Position numbers and translations under genes: made by a program
The notes under the pieces: generated by a model
Told to the model about the DNA's origin: nothing
What the model saw: only the letters and a program-made list of their open reading frames with translations
Databases searched by the model: none
Shown: positions 1-8,456 of the stretch, one piece after another
How the letters are laid out: every line of letters begins with the position of its first letter
Numbering within the stretch: the stretch's first letter is position 1
Assembly: GCA_019234945.1 (NCBI GenBank)
Contig: JAFAKX010000110.1
Span: forward strand, 9,880 to 73,879
DNA from: Silvibacterium sp.
Lineage (GTDB): Bacteria > Acidobacteriota > Terriglobia > Terriglobales > Acidobacteriaceae
Direction: 5' to 3'
DNA length: 64,000 nucleotides

Positions 1-1
1 C

Positions 2-832
2 TTCAACTCGCTAGGAACCACGATTGCTCCGAAAGTCGGAGGCCTTCTGATCCTCGGCGCTGCGCCCTTTGCCGCCGAAGAGTTGCGCAAGCTTTCCCCC
101 GATGCTCTTCATTTGTACCGGCTGCAGCAGGCCGCTTCTGTCAAGATCCCCTACACGGTCATCGGCATCGCGCTTTTGCTGTTGGCGCTTCTGATCGGCT
201 TCTCGAAGCTGCCGAAGGTGGAGACTGATGCGGTTCGCGGTCCAAAGGGTAACGATTCCATCTGGCAGCACCCGAATCTTGTGTTCGGCGCGATTGGCAT
301 CTTTGCTTACGTCGGCGCCGAGGTGTCAATCGGAAGCTTCCTGGTCAACTATTTCGGTCTGCCAGAGATCGCAAACCTTCCCGCCAAGACGGCGGCCGGA
401 TATGTTTCCTTCTACTGGGGCGGCGCGATGATTGGCCGCTTTAGCGGTGCTCCGCTTCTCGAGCGCTTCAGGCCCGGATATCTGCTTGCGATCTGTGCAG
501 TCGTCGCTGGAGCGTTGGTCACTGCCTCAATGGTATTAACCGGGCATATCGCCATGTGGGCAATCCTTGCCGTCGGGCTTTTCAATTCGATTATGTTCCC
601 CACCATCTTCAGCTTGGGAGAAGCGGAGCTTGGCTCTCTTTCGGGAACCGGATCCGGTTTGCTGAACATGGCCATTGTCGGCGGGGCAATCATTCCGGTA
701 ATCCAAGGATTCATTGCAGACCATGTGGGACTGCATCACGCATTCCTGTTGCCCCTGGCCTGCTACCTCTACATCATCTTTTACGCGCTCAAGGGCTCGA
801 AACCAAATAGCGAGCGATATGCAAACGCATAG
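2..832 (+). CDS. fucP: FucP/GluP-family MFS sugar:H+ symporter (5' end outside window)
   Basis: Frame open from base 2 (FNSLGTTIAPKVGG); motifs YVGAEVSIGSFL, GLFNSIMFPTIF, MAIVGGAIIP. Confidence 0.8.
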   Translation, partial: FNSLGTTIAPKVGGLLILGAAPFAAEELRKLSPDALHLYRLQQAASVKIPYTVIGIALLLLALLIGFSKLPKVETDAVRGPKGNDSIWQHPNLVFGAIGIFAYVGAEVSIGSFLVNYFGLPEIANLPAKTAAGYVSFYWGGAMIGRFSGAPLLERFRPGYLLAICAVVAGALVTASMVLTGHIAMWAILAVGLFNSIMFPTIFSLGEAELGSLSGTGSGLLNMAIVGGAIIPVIQGFIADHVGLHHAFLLPLACYLYIIFYALKGSKPNSERYANA

Positions 833-871
833 AAAGAGCCGACTCAACTGTTCGGTTCATGGAGGATTCTC

Positions 872-1075
872 ATGAAGGTACTCGTCATTGACGTCGGAGG
901 TACACACGTCAAGGTGCTTGTCAGCGGCGAGCGCGAGCCCCGGAAATTCGCGTCAGGTTCCGCACTAACCCCGGAGAAATGGTTGCGGGCGTAATGAAGA
1001 ACACTCAGGGCTGGAGTTACGACGCGGTCTCGATTGGATATCCCGGCCTGGTAGTGCGAAATCGTCCTGTTGCCG
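872..1075 (+). pseudogene. ROK-family (polyphosphate glucokinase-like) kinase, frameshifted and truncated
   Basis: GGAGG at 861, ATG at 872; MKVLVIDVGGTHVK...TPEK, then a frameshift into MVAGV...YDAVSIGYPGLVVRNRP; similarity ends at a palindromic repeat at 1074. Confidence 0.8.
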
Positions 1076-1380
1076 GGTGCCTCACTCAAGCCGGGGTTGG
1101 CTTGAGTGGGATAAAGCCGCTCCTTTGCGTGTCCGCTCTGCCCCGAATAGAGGGCCTCGCCACGCGAGGCCTGCGGTAGAAGAGCAGCGCTATCGGAGTC
1201 CCCACGGACTGCCGCTTCCTGGGCTGCGGAAACCTCTCGGTGAGAGTGGTTTTGGAATTCTGGGCTCTTCGCAGGGGGCCGGGAGCACGAGTCCCGAAGG
1301 GACGAAACAACTTGTAGCCCGGCATGGAAATGCCGGGAAGGAGTGACAGAAACGACCAGAGTCCCGCCAGGGACGGCACA
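1074..1380. repeat. Cluster of REP-like palindromes
   Basis: CACTCAAGCC-N6-GGCTTGAGTG; GGCCTCGC-N2-CGCGAGGCC-like hairpin; CCCGGCAT-N4-ATGCCGGG; two AGTCCCG..AGGGACG units. Confidence 0.7.
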
Positions 1381-1490
1381 TCCTGGCCATCGGCGGAGCG
1401 ACCATCGACCAACCACCCTCAGCCAAATCGCAGCCCCTGTTCCGCGATCAGTCTGCTAATCGCTAATCCCTCATCGCTAATGGCTAGCTT

Positions 1491-1701
1491 TTTCCCCAAA
1501 CCAGCTACAATAGAAATAGAGGACCCAAAAGGCCCGGCCGCAGCCGGGCCTTTCCGTTTCAGTTCCGAATCAGGAACGAGACCGTCTAAGTCCCATGTTT
1601 GCTATGAGATGCGGTAAGTAATTTCTTATGTATGAGTAACGACCCACGTATCCCTTAAGCCCAAGCGAATGAATGAGTAACAGAATCTGAGGGGGAGGGG
1701 T
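1491..1701 (+). repeat. Dispersed ~210-235 bp non-coding element, copy 1
   Basis: Head TTTCCCCAAACCAGCTACAATAGAAATAGAGGAC identical to the reverse complement of 55392-55425; collinear with copies 2 and 3. Confidence 0.9.
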
Positions 1702-1732
1702 AGGGCCCTCGCAACACAAAATGGGAAGGAAA

Positions 1733-2395
1733 TCAGTCCACCTGCACCTGCTCGAATCCCAGATTCAGCAGAAGCGTCGTGAGCGTCGATGCAGCATTCT
1801 TGTGCGCCGTGTCCAGAATCCCCGCGCTCAGGGCTGAGTTGCGCAGGTCCTCCTCCGCCTTCGCCCGCACCTCCGACTCCAGGTCCGGGTCAGCCGGCAC
1901 AAAGATCCCCGTGCTCCGCGAATACACCCGCGTCTTCCCGTTATCGAGCGCCGAGACGAAAATCTGCGCCTCGGGAAGCCGAACGTGGACCGACTTCCCG
2001 CTCACCGTCACGTCCGACGGCTTTAGCTCGGTCAGATCGACCCCTGCGATCGCCTGCCCATGCACCGAGAGCAGAAGCTTGTCGCCCACCAAGAAATCCG
2101 GAAGCACCTCGCTCGTCCGCGCCCCTTCGACCACCTTGTCCATCGTGTAGGTCACAGTCTCCAGCCGCTGCAGCCGCTGGATCCTGTCCACCAACGTCGG
2201 CTGCGAGACATTCACCTCCAGTGCCCGCCCCGACACCGCCGTCGCGATCCTGTCCCACACCCCTCGCGTGGCCTGCCGCAGGAAGATCGCAAACGCCCCC
2301 GCTCCCACCAGCAGGCCCAGAAATATGGCCAGCAGAACCGTCAGGACTCGGGGCCCGGACTTGCGCCGCTCCGGCACGGTAACGACTGGTTCCAC
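1733..2395 (-). CDS. DUF4230-family membrane-anchored protein
   Basis: AGGAGG SD before GTG at 2395; single TM; GDKLLLSVHGQAIAGVDL, GILDTAHKNA, LGFEQV. Confidence 0.75.
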   Translation of the reverse strand: MEPVVTVPERRKSGPRVLTVLLAIFLGLLVGAGAFAIFLRQATRGVWDRIATAVSGRALEVNVSQPTLVDRIQRLQRLETVTYTMDKVVEGARTSEVLPDFLVGDKLLLSVHGQAIAGVDLTELKPSDVTVSGKSVHVRLPEAQIFVSALDNGKTRVYSRSTGIFVPADPDLESEVRAKAEEDLRNSALSAGILDTAHKNAASTLTTLLLNLGFEQVQVD

Positions 2396-2516
2396 GCCCG
2401 ACCTCCTATCCTCAGGTAGATGGTACCCCGGCTGTCTTGGATGGCACCGCCGCGCACCAGCCACTCCGAGCCCTCCCGGATGAATCCCCTGGCCGGGGTA
2501 TCCTGACAGCAAGACG

Positions 2517-3548
2517 TTGCTCAAAAATCTTCGTCTCACCATCGTCATGCCAAGCCGAATCCCGATCTGCGCCATCCTGCTCCTCTCCGCCGTTCCCCTC
2601 GCCGTCTGCCAGAAGAACCGCGAGCAGCCGCCGAAAAACGCGCCCCGGGCGACGCTCGTCCGCAACGCCAATCTCTTTATCCAGCCTGACGAGTCCGCCG
2701 ACCGCGTTGCCGTCGTCACGCCCGGCCGTGAAATGGTCATCGCCGAGCGCAGCGGACACTGGCTGCGCGTCTTCGCTAACATCGACGCGCCCGAATCGCG
2801 CAGATCCGATCAACCCCTCCTCGAGCAGGGACAGGAGGTCATCCCCATCTCCGGCTGGATGCTCGATAAGGGCATCATCGACACCACCACGCCCCACGGC
2901 GATGCGATTCTCTTCGGCGAAGCCGTCAGTTCCGAGGACGCCGCCTCCCAGCCTCATCCGCCGCCGGGATCCGCGCTCGAGGCCCGGCTCCTCTATCGGC
3001 GTATTGTCGAGATGTTCCCGCAATCGCCGCTTGCGCCTGAAGCCATGTGGCGCGCTGCCGACGTCCGTTGGCAGCTCCAGAAGGCCGATGCCGCCCAGCT
3101 TCCGTCTGCTCACGAAAAGGAGAACTACCTGCGCGAGCAGATGGATGAAGACGAGATGAAGAAGATCGAAAAGACGTATCCCCGCACGAAGTGGGCCGAT
3201 TTCGCGGCTTACGAACTGATCGACAACAAGCTCTGCGGCGACTGGCAGGGTTCCGAGAAGTGCCCCGAGAAGGAAGCCGACATGTACCTGAAGTACGTCT
3301 CCGAACACCCTGAGTCGCCGCGCGCCCCCGAGGCCCTCTACAAAGCTGCCTGGCGCATGGCTTCCGCTGGAGACATGTGGGCCGCGGATAACGACGACCA
3401 CCGCGCCCAGGCAGACCATACCCGAGCGGTCGACATCGGGAACCAGCTCCAGTCGAAGTATCCCCAATCGGAATACGCAGCCCGTTCCGCCAGTCTGATA
3501 TACAAAGTTCAGCAGGGAATTCCAATCTACGGCAGCGACCGGGAGTAA
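2517..3548 (+). CDS. Secreted SH3-like + TPR (BamD/YfiO-like) protein
   Basis: Signal peptide; GREMVIAERSGHWLRV; repeated FPQSPLAPEAMW / HPESPRAPEALY helices. Confidence 0.6.
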   Translation: MLKNLRLTIVMPSRIPICAILLLSAVPLAVCQKNREQPPKNAPRATLVRNANLFIQPDESADRVAVVTPGREMVIAERSGHWLRVFANIDAPESRRSDQPLLEQGQEVIPISGWMLDKGIIDTTTPHGDAILFGEAVSSEDAASQPHPPPGSALEARLLYRRIVEMFPQSPLAPEAMWRAADVRWQLQKADAAQLPSAHEKENYLREQMDEDEMKKIEKTYPRTKWADFAAYELIDNKLCGDWQGSEKCPEKEADMYLKYVSEHPESPRAPEALYKAAWRMASAGDMWAADNDDHRAQADHTRAVDIGNQLQSKYPQSEYAARSASLIYKVQQGIPIYGSDRE

Positions 3549-3627
3549 ACGCCAGCAAGGCAACACCCCCAATGGCGCATCAGGATATCCCTGTGATTTC
3601 ACAGCAGTAGCGAGGTCCGGAGGCCTA

Positions 3628-4503
3628 TTGAGCGACTACATCATTTCTGTTCTTCTTGGCATCGTCGAAGGTTTGACCGAGTTTTTGCCCGTCAGCTCCA
3701 CCGCCCACCTGCGGATCAGCGAAGCCCTGCTGCATATCAACCTGACGGACCCTTACTGGAAGATGTACACCGTCGTTATCCAGTTTGGAGCCATCTTTGC
3801 CCTCCTCCTTGTCTTCACCGCCCGCATCATCCAGTTCTTCCGCACCTTTCCCAGGGGCGAGAGAGGTGACCGTACGGTCTGGAATCACCCCATTTCGCTC
3901 ACGCTGATCGCCTTTGTTATCACTGCGATTCCCTCCTGGCTGCTCGCGAAGACTATCGGCAAAAATCTCGAGAGCCTCCGCGTGATGGCGCTCGCGTTGC
4001 TGATCGGTGGCATCGTCATGTGGGTCGTCGATGCCTGGAACTCGCGATCCGACCCCGGTACGACTGAAGTCGAGCACATGTCTCTGCCCCAGGCCGTCTG
4101 GATCGGTTTCTGCCAGATATTCTCTGGAGTCTTCCCCGGCACCTCGCGGTCCATGTCCACCATCGCGGGGGGCCAGATGGCGGGGATGACCCGTCCGGCG
4201 GCTCTTGAGTTCAGCTTCCTCGTCTCGATCCCCACCATGATCGCCGCGACCGGCTATGCGACCCTTAAAACCGTACACCCTTCGCACAAAGACCCGACTG
4301 AAACTCTCACCCCGCTCGTCATGACATCTCACGGCTGGATCGTGCTTGCGATCGGCCTTGTCGTTTCCTTCATCGTCGCTCTGGGGGTTGTCGAGTGGTT
4401 CCTGCAGTGGGTGCGCAAGCACGGATTTACAGCCTTTGCCGTCTACCGGATCCTACTCGGCATTGCCCTGCTGGCCTTCGGGGCGAAGCTGGCTGGGGCA
4501 TAG
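3628..4503 (+). CDS. uppP: Undecaprenyl-diphosphate phosphatase
   Basis: GIVEGLTEFLPVSSTAH and PGTSRS motifs. Confidence 0.95.
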   Translation: MSDYIISVLLGIVEGLTEFLPVSSTAHLRISEALLHINLTDPYWKMYTVVIQFGAIFALLLVFTARIIQFFRTFPRGERGDRTVWNHPISLTLIAFVITAIPSWLLAKTIGKNLESLRVMALALLIGGIVMWVVDAWNSRSDPGTTEVEHMSLPQAVWIGFCQIFSGVFPGTSRSMSTIAGGQMAGMTRPAALEFSFLVSIPTMIAATGYATLKTVHPSHKDPTETLTPLVMTSHGWIVLAIGLVVSFIVALGVVEWFLQWVRKHGFTAFAVYRILLGIALLAFGAKLAGA

Positions 4504-4637
4504 CCGCCGGTTGTCAGCTCGATTCCCCCGCCGCATTTTCTCTAAAGCTTCGCCTTTCCTTCTGGAATAATCGTCTTGCTCTGGGGGTTCTGGTCTGTGT
4601 CGGCCGTCTCGTGCGGCGCGCACCCTAATGCGTCCTG

Positions 4638-7169
4638 ATGAAACCCCTCAAGTTGGTTACTACTCCGACCCGCCACCGCCGCCTGAACGAGCTCATCGGG
4701 CTGCTCATGCTGGTCGCCGCAACCCTCCTTCTCCTCGCGCTTGTCTCCTATCGTCCGACTGATCCCTCCCTCAACACCGTCGGCGGATACGCCATCGGCC
4801 GCCCGGCCCATAACTGGACCGGCCTTGTCGGTGCCTGGATCAGCGACCTCATCCTCCAGCTCGAAGGCATCACCGCCTTCTGCTTTCCCCTGCTGACCGG
4901 AGCCCTCGGATGGTCTTGGCTCCGCTCGAATCCGACCGGCTCGCCGGGCGCCAAGCTAACCGGCATCGTCCTTTGCATGCTCTTCGGACCCGCCGCGGCG
5001 GGCCTTCTCCCCGGTCACCTCCACTTCATGTACGGACTGCCGATCGAGGGTCTTGTCGGCCGCCTCGCCTCCGACACCCTCATTCAGTGGCTCAATTACC
5101 CTGGCGCCTGCGTCGTCGCCGCCACCATGGTGGCCATCGCCGTCTATCTCTCCACCACCTTCAGCTTCAACACCGCCCGCGAATGGCTGGCCGTTCGCTT
5201 CGCCTTCATCTACGAGTGGCGCGACCGCTGGAATAACTGGCGCGCCGCCCGCGCCCGCAGAAAAGAACTGAAGGCCGAAGCCCGCATGGAGAAGCTCCGG
5301 GCCAAAGAGCTGGCCAGCGCACGCAAGGCCGCCGCGAAGCTTGAAAAGAAGCAGCGCAGGAACCCTGCACCCGAAATCCCTCAGGCTGACGGCGTTGCCG
5401 CACCCGCTCACCGCCAGCACAGCTTCGCCGAGATGTCCCCCGCCGCTCCCGCCGCTCAGCCCGTCTGGGACCAGATGCCACGCTCGACCGTGGCCGACCC
5501 CTTCCCCGATCAAGACCCAGAGCCCGAGCCTGTCCCGGAGCCGCCTGCGCCGGTCTTGAAGCCCCAGCTTGTGCCGCGCCGGGAGGCCGCTCCGCCACCG
5601 AAACCCGCGCCTCCCGAGCCCGTCCCCGCTCAGAACATCGCCATCCGCGAGCGCGCCGACGCCGATCTGCACACCACGACCGTCGCCCCGAAGTCCGTCA
5701 GCGGCTTCAAGCTCCCTGCCAGCACGCTCCTGCATCGCAGTGAAGACGCACAGATCGTCCGCGAAGACACCCTGCGTGCCGAGGCCCAGATCCTCGTCGA
5801 AAAATGCGCTGAGTTCGACGTCCTCGGCCAGGTTGTGCAGATCAACCCCGGCCCCGTCGTCACCACCTTCGAGTTCCGCCCCGATGCCGGCATCAAGTAC
5901 AGCCGCGTCACCGGTCTGGCCGACGACCTCTGTCTCGCCATGCGCGCCGAGAGCATCCTCATCGAGCGCATGGCGGGCAAGAGCACCGTCGGCATCCAGG
6001 TGCCGAATCACGACCGCGAGACCATCTGGCTGCGCGATGTCATCGAAGCCGAAAACTTCCGCAATGGCAAGAGCAAGCTCACCCTCGCCATGGGCAAGGA
6101 CATCAACGGCCGCATCGTCACCGCCGATCTGACCACGATGCCGCACGTTCTCATCGCCGGCTCCACGGGCAGCGGCAAATCCGTGGCCATCAACGCCATG
6201 ATCATGTCCGTGCTCTACAAGGCGACGCCCGCGCAGGTGCGCCTCATTCTCGTCGACCCCAAGCGCGTCGAGCTCGGCATGTACGAGGGCATTCCGCACC
6301 TCTTCACGCCCATCATCACCGAGCCCAAGCTCGCGGCCAACGCGCTCCGCAACGCCGTCCGCGAAATGGAGCGCCGCCTCAAGCTGCTCGCCTCGCGCAG
6401 CGTGCGCAACATCGACCAGTACAACAAGCTCTTCGAGACCGGCACGCCCAGCCTCTTCGACGACTCGCCCGAGGAGGAGCCGCTGCCCTACATCATGATC
6501 ATCATCGACGAGCTAGCCGATCTGATGATGCTCGACAAGGCCAACGTCGAAGAAGCCATCACACGTCTGGCGCAGATGGCGCGCGCCGTCGGCATCCACC
6601 TTGTCCTCGCCACGCAGCGCCCATCCGTTGATGTCATCACCGGACTCATCAAGGCCAACGTCCCCACGCGCATGTCCTTTCGTCTCGCGACGAAGGTCGA
6701 CTCACGCACTATCCTTGATTCCAACGGCGCCGAGTCGCTCCTCGGACGCGGCGACATGCTCTTCCTTCCGCCTGGAACCTCGCGCCTGCAGCGTGTGCAC
6801 GCTCCCTTTGTCACCGAAAAAGAAATTGAGGCAGTTACAAATTTCTGGAAGAGTCAGGGCGAGGTCGAATACGCTCAGGGCTTCCTCGAGGCTCCGAAGG
6901 ATGCTGGCGGCCGCGAAGCCGATATCCCCGAGGAGGGCGGCGACGACAACGACGAGCTCTTCCAGGATGCCGTGCGCCTTGTCCTCGAATTCGGCAAGGC
7001 CTCGACTTCGCTCCTCCAGCGCCGCCTGCGGATCGGCTACGGCCGCGCCGCGCACCTCATCGATCTCATGGAGCGCGACGGCATCGTCGGCCCCGCCGAA
7101 GGAACCAAGCCCCGCGAGATTCTGAAACCACCCGACTGGCTCAACGAAATGGAAACCTCGCTGCGCTAG
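4638..7169 (+). CDS. ftsK: DNA translocase FtsK
   Basis: N-terminal TMs, Pro-rich linker, PHVLIAGSTGSGKS, ATQRPSVDVITG, gamma domain STSLLQRRLRIGYGRAA. Confidence 0.97.
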   Translation: MKPLKLVTTPTRHRRLNELIGLLMLVAATLLLLALVSYRPTDPSLNTVGGYAIGRPAHNWTGLVGAWISDLILQLEGITAFCFPLLTGALGWSWLRSNPTGSPGAKLTGIVLCMLFGPAAAGLLPGHLHFMYGLPIEGLVGRLASDTLIQWLNYPGACVVAATMVAIAVYLSTTFSFNTAREWLAVRFAFIYEWRDRWNNWRAARARRKELKAEARMEKLRAKELASARKAAAKLEKKQRRNPAPEIPQADGVAAPAHRQHSFAEMSPAAPAAQPVWDQMPRSTVADPFPDQDPEPEPVPEPPAPVLKPQLVPRREAAPPPKPAPPEPVPAQNIAIRERADADLHTTTVAPKSVSGFKLPASTLLHRSEDAQIVREDTLRAEAQILVEKCAEFDVLGQVVQINPGPVVTTFEFRPDAGIKYSRVTGLADDLCLAMRAESILIERMAGKSTVGIQVPNHDRETIWLRDVIEAENFRNGKSKLTLAMGKDINGRIVTADLTTMPHVLIAGSTGSGKSVAINAMIMSVLYKATPAQVRLILVDPKRVELGMYEGIPHLFTPIITEPKLAANALRNAVREMERRLKLLASRSVRNIDQYNKLFETGTPSLFDDSPEEEPLPYIMIIIDELADLMMLDKANVEEAITRLAQMARAVGIHLVLATQRPSVDVITGLIKANVPTRMSFRLATKVDSRTILDSNGAESLLGRGDMLFLPPGTSRLQRVHAPFVTEKEIEAVTNFWKSQGEVEYAQGFLEAPKDAGGREADIPEEGGDDNDELFQDAVRLVLEFGKASTSLLQRRLRIGYGRAAHLIDLMERDGIVGPAEGTKPREILKPPDWLNEMETSLR

Positions 7170-7175
7170 GCCGCT

Positions 7176-8456
7176 CTATCGCGCGCCCACCTGCTTCGCC
7201 GATCGCAGCGCGATACCTCCCAGCAGCACAATCACCAGTACCAGAACCGCCCACAGCAGCTCCGGATGCCGCTCCGTAAACGGCCGGGCATCGGGCCGCG
7301 GCCGGTACTCTGGATTCTCCTGCTCGGGCCCAAGCTCTGCCCGCGCTGCTCCCGGTTCCTGCGTGAACAGGGTGGCATAGTCATATCTCGGAGCCGATAA
7401 CGCCGGATCGCCGTAGTAAAGCACGTATTTCCCTCCCGGCGCTGCATCGAAACAGACCGTCCGCTCCAGCATCTCCAGCCTGACTGACTTCAGCGCAATC
7501 GGCGGATCATCCCCGTTGTCTATCCTCACTATCCAGTCTGCCTCGTCTGTAAGTGTGGACGCGGGCACGTCTACGCTTAGCCGCTCCTCATCGATTCGGT
7601 GCCCGTTGCGAACGCCATGAAGGCGAAGAATGTTGCCGGAGTAGCTGAATGTCTCGACTCGTGCATCTTCCGTCGAGCTCTTGCGTTGCCTTGTAACAGT
7701 AATGGTTATATTACGGCTGAAATTCGCAATATTTGTATCCGGCAGAAACTCCACGCGATCGACCGGAACTTTTGCCGGTACGGTAAACTCGATCTCCGTA
7801 TCGCGACCCTTCTCCGTCACGCGTGCCGTCTCTGCAGCCGTCACATACCGCGGCTCGCCCTGCTCGAACCGGCTCACCCTGACGCCACCAACATCTTTGG
7901 GTTTCAGCGGTCCATCAATACGAAAGTGCAGATGGCGGAAATCTGACCGCGGCAGATGCAGCACTGTACTCCGGCCCAGCTTCTGCGCGGTAAAGTCAAA
8001 TACCGTGAACGACCCGAGCTTCGTCGTTTCGCCTCCATCCGGCGAGTGACTTCCCCAGACCTCCACCGTCGCGATGAAATCGTGTGCCTCGACATCCAGC
8101 TCCACGTCACTGTAGGAGCCCTCCGGCATCTCGGCGTCGAACACGACACGCCCGTTCTGGGTGCCCCCGTTTTGCATTCCCCCGTTTTGCATGCCTAAGT
8201 TCAACGGAGGTATCTTCACCCCCGATGCTGCAATAGGCTCCGCGAATCGAATGGCGTAGGGCGTCTCCTTGCCATCGCGATACAGCCGCAAATCTGAAAG
8301 CATCGCCGCGGAATGCTCGAACACCGTCGGATCGACAATAAGCCACGTCTGTAACTGTTGCTGTGACGTATTCAGAACCATCCGCTCATAGTGGAAGTAC
8401 CGCACATCGGGCACAACACTGGCGGCGAGCAGCAGGGCAAAGACGCGAAGCTTCAC
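7176..8456 (-). CDS. DUF3999-like exported protein with C-terminal TM anchor
   Basis: SDLRLY, LYYGDPALSAPRYD, terminal TM; overlaps DUF2339 stop; internal GMQNG x3 repeat. Confidence 0.65.
   Translation of the reverse strand: MKLRVFALLLAASVVPDVRYFHYERMVLNTSQQQLQTWLIVDPTVFEHSAAMLSDLRLYRDGKETPYAIRFAEPIAASGVKIPPLNLGMQNGGMQNGGTQNGRVVFDAEMPEGSYSDVELDVEAHDFIATVEVWGSHSPDGGETTKLGSFTVFDFTAQKLGRSTVLHLPRSDFRHLHFRIDGPLKPKDVGGVRVSRFEQGEPRYVTAAETARVTEKGRDTEIEFTVPAKVPVDRVEFLPDTNIANFSRNITITVTRQRKSSTEDARVETFSYSGNILRLHGVRNGHRIDEERLSVDVPASTLTDEADWIVRIDNGDDPPIALKSVRLEMLERTVCFDAAPGGKYVLYYGDPALSAPRYDYATLFTQEPGAARAELGPEQENPEYRPRPDARPFTERHPELLWAVLVLVIVLLGGIALRSAKQVGAR

Noticed and set aside
1587-1681. Boxes as Xer dif sites
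   Set aside because: TATGAGTAA only weakly resembles the XerD arm, and the 11-6-11 layout is absent.
4956-6299. Long antisense or alternate-frame ORFs (also 2412-3602, 11751-12827, 34552-35880, 45656-47221)
   Set aside because: Shadow ORFs of high-GC genes with no recognisable motifs.
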